Shown here: in pieces, positions 22,192 through 32,319 of the stretch
Layout: the number at the start of each line of letters is the position of its first letter
Position numbering within the stretch: position 1 is the first letter of the stretch
NCBI GenBank assembly: GCA_900128565.1
Contig: LT635912.1
Location: 1-64,000, forward strand
Length of the DNA: 64,000 nt
Source: Stramenopiles sp. TOSAG23-6
Taxonomy: Eukaryota
Direction of reading: 5' to 3'
The notes under the pieces: generated by a model
What the model was told of the DNA's origin: nothing
The model's database searches: none
Seen by the model: the letters and a program-made list of their open reading frames with translations, nothing else
Made by a program: the position numbers and the translations under genes

Positions 22192-25100
22192 ATGACTATC
22201 AGAGTTTTCTATTTCCTCCTTTCGGTGATTACGTCAACTTCTGCAATGGAACTTCGTATGCCGGTTGAGTTCGAAGATCTAGAACTGGAGGGTGAAAACG
22301 GAGAGTTAATCTCAAAGTCAATGCAACATACCATCAATAGTGTCGCAAGGGCTCGCAGTGCACTTCTTTATGTCGAAACTATTGAGAATATTGTGAATGA
22401 TATTCAGTCGAGAATGCATGAATCTGAATATTGGATACCTCATTCTAAAGAAGCTTATGAAAACGATATAAGACGCGTTCTATTCACTGTTGAGAACGAA
22501 ATCAGTGGTTTGAGTTCTTTCTTCCGCGGGATTTCTTCAATGTGTGCCTCAAACGATGTGGAAGCATTTGACTGCATTGAATTACACAATCTTCGCGAGC
22601 AATTTTTTACTTTAACAAATAAGATTGAATCCCGCAAGGAAAATTTTGTAACTCATCTTGCAAAAATAAAGCCTTTGCACTCAATAAGTGCAAATATTTA
22701 TTCTGACAGCGCGATTGTAAATAAAATCGAAAAAATAGTCAAAAATATTGAAATTAAGACTGTGCTTTTGCAACGATTAAAATATAACTCGTCGCTCCAA
22801 ATTGACAATTTGCATTCTCGGATAGCAGAAGCGCAAAACGAACTTTTTGGATCAAGTTTAACGTGTGAAGCAGCACTGAATGAAGTTCAAAATCTTGACT
22901 TTGATGTTAGTCATATTGAAAAAGTATTACTTCGCCATACACTTTCGTCACTTTGTTCTCAGTTTAAAAGCATAAAAAAAGTAAACGCAGTGCAAAGTTT
23001 ATCAGATGCTTATGCAGGGGTTCAAGATGCAAATGATACTATATCAGTTTTGAAAACATTAAAGGAAGTTGATATGTACCACGTAAAAATTCCGGAAGGA
23101 CCAAATATTACCAATGCTTTCACTTTTCAACCATATCCCAGAAAAAAAGATTATACAGTTCGATTAATGAACATTCACAATGAATGGAATCAAGAAAGAG
23201 ATCACGCAGGAAAAGTACTCGATACATTTTACAAGGAAAGCGATGGGGAACCTGGATTACTAAGAACTCAACAATCTCCAAGAGCTAGGTTTCCTGTAAA
23301 GGATAAAGACTTTGATTCATTCAAAACCAAACAACTTTCCCGTGGAATGCCAGTGGCTTTGATTATTGGGGAAAGTTTAAAGCCTATCATCGAGGCAAAC
23401 AGCTACAAATTTCGGGGGCGTATGAAATTTGTTGAATATGATTCCGACATAATGCCTGGTGTCATTGACGCAAAACATTCACACAAGAACAAAAGAGGAT
23501 TAAATGGTATCATAATATACTTCAATTTTCGTAAGTTTTCATATTCTGGGAAGCTTTTGTCTAGTGATTGTGAAAGTAGTGTCTATAACCTAAGTTCATT
23601 TTTAGATGTCTATGCGTATTCGATATCAATCACCGGAGGAGGAAAACAAAGTGACAAAACACATGTGAGAAAATACTACCCCCTGAAGACAGGAACACGT
23701 CGGCAACCACCTGATATTAACTTGTGTGATATCGAAGATTTTGGTAGGGATGCCATTCATGTGGAGAATATTCAATCATTGAATATCTTGAAAATGCAGT
23801 CTAGACCTCTTGTATTAGTGTTTTCAATTGATCACGAAATGGACAAAATAGCTCGTGTTCTCGCAGCTAAATATGTAAATCGTATGACATTTGCAGATAT
23901 TAAAATTGGAACTTCGTTAGCATCAACATACTTTAAAGATGTAACCGAGGCAGCGGTAATTGTATACACTAACCATGTGGAATGGGACGATCAATCAAGT
24001 ATCTCAGAATTTACTTTATCTGAATATCTTGAGTTTTATGCAAATCCTATTGGTGACATTGAAATAATATCAGATCCCTTTGCAAGAGAATTACGCAAAT
24101 TTGCTGAAGTGAGTACTATCCGAGATAACATCGTTGCTGAGTCTAAAGATATTAAAACTTTAAGTCGATCAATGATGAATCTTTCACCAACTTCTCAAAA
24201 TATTGTAGCACCTAATGAACTCTCAGCTTTATCTGCTGGGATTTCTACATCCGCGACTGGGCATACTGAATCGACCACAGAAGTATCATCCCCCCAAGAT
24301 GGCGTTTCTCTTCTTGGTAGTCATGTCTTTGAAGAGTATACGAATGACAAAAGTGGCATGTTTGAAAGAAATCATATTAAGTCTGGGGATCTTTCAAATG
24401 GTTCCTATTTTGTGTACAAAAGTGACCTTAATTCACCTTCACTGCGGAATTCAGATACTTTTCCCAACGAAACTTTCCCAGCCGAAAGGTTATCAGAAAG
24501 CGATGGTGGCGAAGGTTTGATACTTTTAGAGATTTTAGCGGCAAAATTTCTACGCCTAAGTGTTTTTTTGAAAAGCAACAATCGTAATCCCCGAGTAAAT
24601 AAAGGGAATAGCGATACTATAGACAAGTCTAGTGAAGACATTAAAAGAGTGGATTCAGTAAATAATGGTTCAGCGGTTGCATTACTTGATTTATTGCGTT
24701 CTGGTATTCAACAGAAATACAATGAGTGTAAAGAAAATAGAAGCCTGGTTTGTATAAATCATCTTAATATGCTTGCAAAGCGGCATGACATTACTATTAG
24801 AAAGGATATTCGTTATATTCATCAAGAGGTACTTAGAACAATGTCTATGGTTAAAGCTGTAAATGAAAATGACGTTATGGTAAGAAACCATATGCTCAAT
24901 TATCAGAAACTTGAACTTGCAGAAAGCGAAAAGAGACACAAAGCTGCTCAAATATCTGCAAAGCATGAAGAACTTGAAATCAATCTTGGTATACAGCAGC
25001 AAGTCATCGACAATCTGACTAAAGAAGCATGGAAATTACTTCGTCAAGTCCTTCCGCAAATCACGGAGGTACACAAAGCAAAAGAAAGAGCTGATCTAAA

Positions 25101-25652
25101 AGATTTATTAATTTGTCTTGGAATTTTAGAAAATAGACTTACATTAGTAAATCCAGGTCTCCTTTCTGTGTGCAATGCGATAGATGGTGCTATACAGGCA
25201 AGAGTATGTTCAAGCGCCATATTAATGAATATGTCTGATTCATTCTTACCGGCCATGCATGCTGTATGGACATCCAGAAGAGCAATTGATGTTGTACATA
25301 CATCGGATACAGGTTTTTCATGTACTTCGGAGAGAGAATCCAATACAAGTAGAAACATTCTCGGTGTACAGATTCATATAAAATGGCCACAAAATTATTT
25401 TGAATGCTTACTCCAAGGGAAAGAAGTTTTTACTTATGCATGTAGTATTGGAACTCTGGATCGTCGAGTGCAATTACCTGTAATACGCGAACTAGATGAT
25501 GAAATACTTCAACGTTTGAAAGAAGATCCTGTATGTTTTATTTTTTTTCAATTTCGAATTTTTTTTTCGTACGAAATTGTGTACCTAACAATTTTTTTTA
25601 GATTTTTTTTTAGAAATATTTTTCCAAAATACATGGGTGGGCAGCAGAATAA
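22192..25652 (+). CDS. Large secreted protein with coiled coils and possible non-catalytic thioredoxin-like domains; exons 22192-25530 and 25635-25652
   Basis: Signal peptide; two related segments (SYKFRGRMKFVE, AKYVNRMTFAD); family intron near the 3' end gives KEDP|GWAAE*. Confidence 0.65.
25531..25634 (+). other. Non-canonical GT-AT intron, 104 nt, phase 0
   Basis: CCT|GTATGT...TTTCGTACGAAATTGTGTACCTAAC...AATATTTTTCCAAAATACAT|GGG; boundary set by family homology. Confidence 0.78.
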
Positions 25653-25755
25653 GAGACTCGATCAACATACTCGGAAAGAAATTGAAATTCCTAGGAAAAG
25701 AAAGTCAATAAAACCATTTTTCAAATAAAAGATTTTAATGATTTTTTTTATTAAT

Positions 25756-26193
25756 TCAGCATTGATTACTCCTGGATATACTTTTTAATCCTTGAATACT
25801 ATGCCGTGATTTCTTGAGCCTAGAATTAATAAAGACCCATTCTCTCAAGAAATTTAACCTCGTTGTAACATCAAACATATAAGGAACAATCATTGGTAAA
25901 GGTTTTTCGGTCAACAGCACACAAAATACCATCGAAAAGTTTGGTTTAACCGGACACGGAATTGGAGGGGACAATAATATTTGTTTTACCTTGTCAAAAT
26001 CAAATCCGGTGTCTATTTCTAATCTATTTACAATAACATTTTTTTTACCTTTGCTCTCAACGAGAATTCCACAGTTTTTGACAGGTAAAGGAATAACTCT
26101 AGTCCCGTTTGTCCGTCTAACCCTACAACACTCTTTCGCAACAAGTCCCTCCAGCCATGACTTTACCTCTGTCTCAACTTTATCTGAAACCAT
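25756..26193 (-). CDS. Hypothetical protein, about 145 aa (MVSDKVETEV...)
   Basis: Protein-like composition from ATG 26193; the upstream part of the ORF looks like intergenic DNA. Confidence 0.6.
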   Translation of the reverse strand: MVSDKVETEVKSWLEGLVAKECCRVRRTNGTRVIPLPVKNCGILVESKGKKNVIVNRLEIDTGFDFDKVKQILLSPPIPCPVKPNFSMVFCVLLTEKPLPMIVPYMFDVTTRLNFLREWVFINSRLKKSRHSIQGLKSISRSNQC

Positions 26194-26446
26194 TTTCGTA
26201 CTGGAAAAATAAAGTAGTTGAATGAAAAGTGGACTGGTCACGCTGAATTTCAAAAAAAAAACACGAAATACTGCCGAAAAAAGATCGTTACTTTTTAGAG
26301 CGAGTTTGTGAAAAGATGAAAACGAAATTGGTACGAAAATTCGTACCAAATTTTTTTTTTCAGAAACACAAATGGCCAAGCGGCATGAAAAGATCCAATA
26401 CGTCGTGTAGGAACACCGGTTTAGTTACTGGTTGGAAAAATAAACA

Positions 26447-27844
26447 ATGAAAGTGTCACTATTTTTGTTGAATTTATTCACACTCACATGTGTATATGCA
26501 AATGATTCGTGGGTAAAAAAATTGAACAACTGTTTTTATACTTGCTGTCAAAAAGATACGTGTGACGCAGCGAAATGCACTTCGCCTGATGGGAAAGGTG
26601 GCTTTGACTGTTGTGCGGATGAAAAAGCTTGGGGTGAAAAACAAACGTGTCAACAGGGATGGAACACGAAACCTTTGGGCAACTTGGATCTAGAAGTATA
26701 TACTTGTGTCAGTTCTTCAGGTAAACAGGATAATTCAAAGTGTACTTCTCCGGATATGAAAGGTGGGTTTGATTGCATCGTCTCTCGGGCTTACGGAGAA
26801 CCAATGACATGTGCAGACGGTTATCACTCTAAACCTTTACCAAAGGCTGGCGTTGAACACGAGAAACACATAAACAAATGGCAGAAACATCACTTCCAAA
26901 AGCAGTGTCAACATTGGGATAAGCATCGGGAGAATTTGTGGATGAAAAAAAAGAAATTTTGTACTGAACCTGGAGCAAATCCTCATTCTTGCAAAAAGTA
27001 CTTTGGTAAGTTTCACTGGTGTAAGATGAATGCAAAACACGATATGAAATGTGCCGATTGGATCAATGGTGTTAAAGAAGATGATTTGATGTCTCGAAAA
27101 TTTGCGTGTCTGCCACACAAAGATGAAATCGACCAACACTTGATTTCGTTTGGCCTTCCGAACCCAATGAGTTGGCCTTCATTAACTCAGTTTGTCGAAA
27201 AAAGTGTCGACAAATTCGCAGCAGAATGGAAAGATGGATTTTGGAATCAAGAAGACCATCGTGGTACAATGCCAGAGAAACCACATGATCATCTTTTAGC
27301 TGGAGCCTGCAAAAAATGGTTCAAAAAAGTGTTTTGGTGCAAGCGTCATGTCAAGGAAAACAAAGAATGTGCCAAGTGGCTTGATAATGTCGTTTCAAAG
27401 GTTTGGAAAAAGAAAGTGAAAGCATGCAAACGTCACAAGGGATGTGTTGATTCTGGTTTGGAGCCTGATGATGAAATTGATTGGGATGACGTTGATACTG
27501 ACGATTGTGATGGTCGCGAGTGTTCAGATTGGAAACCTGGATTTTGGAATGAAGACGAGGAAGTCATGTATTCTAAAATGAAAAACAAAAAACAACATAA
27601 GCATCACCACCACCACCACCACGCAAAACATGTCATTATCCCAGTCGCAGTCGGTCTTGTGAGCTTCATTCTTGGTTTATTTACGAATAAATTGAGACGA
27701 AGATGTAAAAAAAAGACGTTGGACTCCGTTAATGATCGAAGTGTGTATGTTGCCAATGTTACTCCCCCGGTATTACCTGCTGTGCTTGTGGCATCAACAG
27801 TTAATCAGAAAATGGATTTTACTCTGGATGATCCAGAAGTTTAG
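26447..27844 (+). CDS. Cys/Trp/Lys/His-rich type I membrane protein
   Basis: Signal peptide, duplicated KCTSPDxKGGFDC module, CKKxFxKxxWCK repeats, poly-His, single TM followed by basic residues. Confidence 0.8.
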   Translation: MKVSLFLLNLFTLTCVYANDSWVKKLNNCFYTCCQKDTCDAAKCTSPDGKGGFDCCADEKAWGEKQTCQQGWNTKPLGNLDLEVYTCVSSSGKQDNSKCTSPDMKGGFDCIVSRAYGEPMTCADGYHSKPLPKAGVEHEKHINKWQKHHFQKQCQHWDKHRENLWMKKKKFCTEPGANPHSCKKYFGKFHWCKMNAKHDMKCADWINGVKEDDLMSRKFACLPHKDEIDQHLISFGLPNPMSWPSLTQFVEKSVDKFAAEWKDGFWNQEDHRGTMPEKPHDHLLAGACKKWFKKVFWCKRHVKENKECAKWLDNVVSKVWKKKVKACKRHKGCVDSGLEPDDEIDWDDVDTDDCDGRECSDWKPGFWNEDEEVMYSKMKNKKQHKHHHHHHHAKHVIIPVAVGLVSFILGLFTNKLRRRCKKKTLDSVNDRSVYVANVTPPVLPAVLVASTVNQKMDFTLDDPEV

Positions 27845-28089
27845 AAAAGAAGTCTATTTTGTACATATTACTGTATAATATATAAAAAAAATATATATAT
27901 TAATTTTTAGTTTGGCCGTTATGTAACGGTTAATTATTTTTAGTAAACGTTAACTGAAAACACTACGTACTACGTAGTAGGTTCGTCTCTTTCATTTCTT
28001 CGGCTTTACGGTATTTCACAAAGTAGGTGAGTGCTCACAGCTTTTGTCATTACTGAAAGTTCCCAAATCATCTGATATCTATTTTACAA

Positions 28090-28578
28090 ATGAACATTAA
28101 AGCTGCCAGAGGCCTAGATAGAGGCCCCACAGATAGGGAAAGTCTTCAGCCAGAAAATAAACGCTGTTGGACCGAATACACTAAAGACGGACAGAAACAG
28201 AGAAGACCTGAACCGAAGGGTTGCGTCTGCTACTTCCCTTGGATCCTATTTTGTGGCTGGCCTCTCTGTGTCTGTTATCATGATTGTGGAGAAGAGTGTG
28301 AGCGTTGGATTGATATATGTTGTAGATGCCAATGTAATCGCTGTAAAAAATGTTTATGTTTTGGGAAGGAATGCAACGAAAAATCTTGTACGTGTTGTAC
28401 TTGCTGTCAAAGTGGTACAGCTGCAGCTAAAAAATTGCGAGTCAAACATCGAGAATGCTGTGAGTGCGACTGTATTAGCAACTCTTGTGGAAATCGATAT
28501 TCAGGCTGTAACAATTGTTGTGTACGTTGTGTATGCATTCAGTGTCCACATTGCTGTAGGAATTCACTATGCTGGTAA
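28090..28578 (+). CDS. Small, very Cys-rich protein
   Basis: 162-aa ATG ORF with many CC and CxC motifs. Confidence 0.6.
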   Translation: MNIKAARGLDRGPTDRESLQPENKRCWTEYTKDGQKQRRPEPKGCVCYFPWILFCGWPLCVCYHDCGEECERWIDICCRCQCNRCKKCLCFGKECNEKSCTCCTCCQSGTAAAKKLRVKHRECCECDCISNSCGNRYSGCNNCCVRCVCIQCPHCCRNSLCW

Positions 28579-28971
28579 GTTTTAACAAACAAACGATTCT
28601 TCGTGTATAAAAGACTCAATAAAATATTGGGTCTCGAAATTACTTACATAAAATCATCACCAACAAGAATAACTTTTACGATATACCACATAAAATATCT
28701 CGGAGCATATCATATATCTAGATGGGCACTTTGAAGAAATTAACCCAGCAAGGTCAAATAGAATTAGCGCTGCTTATGACGAATCAGAGCTTCACCCACG
28801 AAACGAAATGACGGAGGACAAACAAAAAACACACGAAGAAATGCAAAGATAATAAAAATAGATTTTATGAATATATTTGTAAAAATGTTTTGTTGCAATC
28901 AAAAACTATATTCAAATCAAGTCTTCGTTGGACAAGAAAAAAATACCCGAATTTTCCTTGCTGTAGTGGCA

Positions 28972-31900
28972 TTAATTAACGATTTCGTACCTAACTTGTG
29001 GCAGATCCACGTCTTCGTCATCTTCATCGACACAGCATACTTCAAAAACTAGATACTTTGTTCCACGTCTTAAAGGTACTTTAGATATATCTGGTGCCAA
29101 GACTTCCATTAACTTTGGCATTCGCTCTGCAATCTTTTTTTTTGATGAAAAAAATGAGTAAATAATTGCAGTTCCGTAACTGATCATCGCTACATTAACA
29201 CCATATCGGGTTTTAAAAGATTCAATGAACTTGGATAAAGTAAGAGGACCAGATAATTCTACTTTATCCCATATTGAGAATTTATGATGTACTCCATTTA
29301 ACTTATATTCGACAGTTTGTGGCGGTAAAGGTTCGGATAACGCAAATAATGGCAATGCTAAATTCACAAAAGCATTTCGATATGCTTCCAAAGATTTACC
29401 CTGAAAATATTTGTACATTTCTAAAGAAATCAAACCAGTCACCATTGCGGTAGTTGTTGCTATTGCAGGGATAATTTTACCGGCAATTTGCTTCGCTTCG
29501 TGCTTGTTAACTTCTTTTATACGATAATTTCGTGCACGAAGATTACCACACGATGTGATAAAGTCCATATGCCAATTTTTCTCATCATCTTTTTCAAATT
29601 CAATCGGTTCCATTTTGTATCCAGCAAACTTTGAAGGTGGCGGAAGAGCTTTTATAAAATGATCTCTTTCCTGATCTATACTAGACTTACTGCTTGCAAC
29701 ACTATCAATTTTCTTCTGCTCTGCGTCATCTTTAGCAATGGTTACACCATCTATCGGAGTAAAATCAGGTACAATTACATTTTCAAGTCGATCACGGAAA
29801 AATGATATGTCTTTATTACCCTTCAAATTGTAGTTGAAAGCGCGTAAGTTTGCAGCAGCCATGATAAATCTCATATGTTCAGGATCATCAATATCAAAGA
29901 CTACAGGATTAGGTGCACGTTTTGTTCCAGACCAAAATGGATTTCCATGAGAGTCGACTTGATCTATTGGGAAATTATATAATAATTGAGAAATACTATT
30001 GAAAAACATAAATTGGAATTTCAATCTTGCCCAAACAACGCATTCTGCAAACGTCACAGGCTTATCAGTAACAAGAGAGGACAGCACAGCTTCAAGAGTT
30101 GGAAGTTCGTTGGCTTGATCAAGGGAAGATAAAAAAGCATTCTTATCCGTTATATAATTGTTTGCATTCTCAGCAGCTTGTTTGAACTCACCTTCAAAGA
30201 CGTCTCTTGCCCATTGAAGAACATGCTCAATTTTGTGAGGGAAATTTTTCAATGTACATATAGGGACACTTTGTTCCGGTGGATCACGACTTGCGCCGTA
30301 ATTTTCAGTCAAATCTGGTACAACAATTTGTGTGTTTCCTTTTGTACCTAAAGTTCCAGACTCAAACATTGTTTTCTTGTAGTAAACACATCTTTGATCA
30401 ATATAAAGACGAGCATCCACATTATCAAGAGCGGTACAAACACCACTTAGCGAAGCCCAAAATGAATCGTCAAAAGTTTGTTCAGTATCAGCACCAACCC
30501 TTACCTCATAAGCTTTAATATTCATCTGTTTATTCATTTCTCGAGCAGCACGTGCAGCAGCGGTTGATTTAGCATGACCAATGTCACTAGATCTAAATAA
30601 AAATTGCCTAGATAAATTTGATTTTTCAATTTGATCCATATCAGTAACATATACTCCAGATTGTTTTTGAGTTTTAGTACTTTTAGAACAAGAAGTATTT
30701 GATGTTGCAATTCCCATCATTGCCCAATTCTTCAGCATCTCACAGCCAATAGCGCCGGCGCCTACAAGAAAAAGTGATTGTTGGCGAATGTTTTGTTGCA
30801 AAGTCTTACCAAATACTGCAATTTGTCCATCGTATCGCGTACCAATTACTTCGTATTCACTTGGTGGTAGTGGATATTTTACAGGCAAACATTCCACGGC
30901 ATCAAAATAAAACCACTGTTTAATTGGGGTAAATTTACCTGAACATGCTTTCAATACTTCCTGACCGGCAATACCACCAATCAAAGCGGCCATGGGGTTA
31001 AGATTTCCACGAGCGGAACACGAAAGCTTAGTCAAAATCGACTCTGCTGCATCATTGATTTCTGCAACTGTAAAACTACCACTAGTTTTAGCGGAAGAAT
31101 TCATTGAACGAGCTATATCAACTAACTTCCTTGCATCATTTATGCAGCCGGAACGTGGTAGCTGTCCACCACTAGAACGACAAAATGCGTCAAGTGCACG
31201 AAATCCAAGATGAAGAACGGGTGAATGCTCCATTTTTCCAAAATCACTCAACAGGAATTCTCCTGGACAGGAAAACGATTCACGAAGAGGCATAAAAGAC
31301 ATTGTTTTTGGTTGCTTTACCTGACGGAAATAGCCACCACGTTCATGTGCAGTATAATTCGTTGTGTTTTCAATTGAAAATGAGTAAGGATTTCTCACTG
31401 TTACACGTCGAGGCTTGGAGTTATTCAGTTGGACCATTCCTTCTACTTCATCAAATGTCACGAAATCCCCTGTTTCAAGACCATGACGAACATTATCATG
31501 CGTGGTTACAACACCAGGCGAGTCTTGCGTTATGATACTTATCAATCCTCTAGCTTCATTTTCTCCGGACGTGTCCGAGACAACAAAGTTTTTCCCAAAA
31601 TCACAGAAAATACGCGCAAAAACACCACGAATATCGGCACTGATAAAGTATACACCATTTGAGTGACAAATATCATTTACACGAAGTAACTCTTCCTCTG
31701 AGCAACCAGTCATAACAACCAAAGAATATTGTGATATTGTCGATTCTTCTAGGAATCCTGAAACCTGTTGGACTCTAACGTATTGATTAAGTTCCTGTAA
31801 CTTTTCTACACAAGCAGCAGCTCGAGATTTTCCAGCACGACAATCTTCTTCGGTAATATAAAACTGCGATGACATATCCGTAAACTGAGAGGGTTCATCG

Positions 31901-32100
31901 TCATATAAAGAAACACTCTTGACGCCAGCTAGGATTATGTTTTTTGCTATCTCGACGCCAACACCACCAAGACCAGCAATAAGAACGTCAGAACCTTGCA
32001 TACGGCGTTGTGCTTCATGACCCATAACATAAAGCTGGCGACTGTATAATCCTTCGTCAACATCATGCTCTCTCTGGTCGGTATCCATTGCAGAAGCCAT
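28972..32100 (-). CDS. UBA1: Ubiquitin-activating enzyme E1, intronless
   Basis: LYSRQLYV, GAGAIGCE, SNLSRQFLF, catalytic PICTLKNFP, IIPAIATTT. Confidence 0.98.
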   Translation of the reverse strand: MASAMDTDQREHDVDEGLYSRQLYVMGHEAQRRMQGSDVLIAGLGGVGVEIAKNIILAGVKSVSLYDDEPSQFTDMSSQFYITEEDCRAGKSRAAACVEKLQELNQYVRVQQVSGFLEESTISQYSLVVMTGCSEEELLRVNDICHSNGVYFISADIRGVFARIFCDFGKNFVVSDTSGENEARGLISIITQDSPGVVTTHDNVRHGLETGDFVTFDEVEGMVQLNNSKPRRVTVRNPYSFSIENTTNYTAHERGGYFRQVKQPKTMSFMPLRESFSCPGEFLLSDFGKMEHSPVLHLGFRALDAFCRSSGGQLPRSGCINDARKLVDIARSMNSSAKTSGSFTVAEINDAAESILTKLSCSARGNLNPMAALIGGIAGQEVLKACSGKFTPIKQWFYFDAVECLPVKYPLPPSEYEVIGTRYDGQIAVFGKTLQQNIRQQSLFLVGAGAIGCEMLKNWAMMGIATSNTSCSKSTKTQKQSGVYVTDMDQIEKSNLSRQFLFRSSDIGHAKSTAAARAAREMNKQMNIKAYEVRVGADTEQTFDDSFWASLSGVCTALDNVDARLYIDQRCVYYKKTMFESGTLGTKGNTQIVVPDLTENYGASRDPPEQSVPICTLKNFPHKIEHVLQWARDVFEGEFKQAAENANNYITDKNAFLSSLDQANELPTLEAVLSSLVTDKPVTFAECVVWARLKFQFMFFNSISQLLYNFPIDQVDSHGNPFWSGTKRAPNPVVFDIDDPEHMRFIMAAANLRAFNYNLKGNKDISFFRDRLENVIVPDFTPIDGVTIAKDDAEQKKIDSVASSKSSIDQERDHFIKALPPPSKFAGYKMEPIEFEKDDEKNWHMDFITSCGNLRARNYRIKEVNKHEAKQIAGKIIPAIATTTAMVTGLISLEMYKYFQGKSLEAYRNAFVNLALPLFALSEPLPPQTVEYKLNGVHHKFSIWDKVELSGPLTLSKFIESFKTRYGVNVAMISYGTAIIYSFFSSKKKIAERMPKLMEVLAPDISKVPLRRGTKYLVFEVCCVDEDDEDVDLPQVRYEIVN

Positions 32101-32319
32101 GTTATTTATACTAAGTTACTAACCTCGTACAAAATATTATGATGACTAGTACGACAACGACACACATCGATCAGAAAGCTTCGCGGCCCTTAGGCTAGGG
32201 TTAGGGTTTCGTAGAAGAATCTTAGAAGCTGCGCGCTGCTGTCATACACACACGCATAATCTATAATATATCTTTTTTTGATTAACCCCCTTAATTTTCT
32301 AGACAATCAATTGATTACG

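Noticed and set aside
25531-25728. Read-through C-terminus of the 1178-aa ORF
   Set aside because: The Phe-rich VCFIFFQFRIFFSYEIVYLT stretch is translated intron; similar peptides end many ORFs in the track.
28984-28995. TTCGTACCTAAC match to the intron branch motif
   Set aside because: It is antisense within the UBA1 C-terminal codons (QVRYEI), with no donor or acceptor context; probably coincidence.
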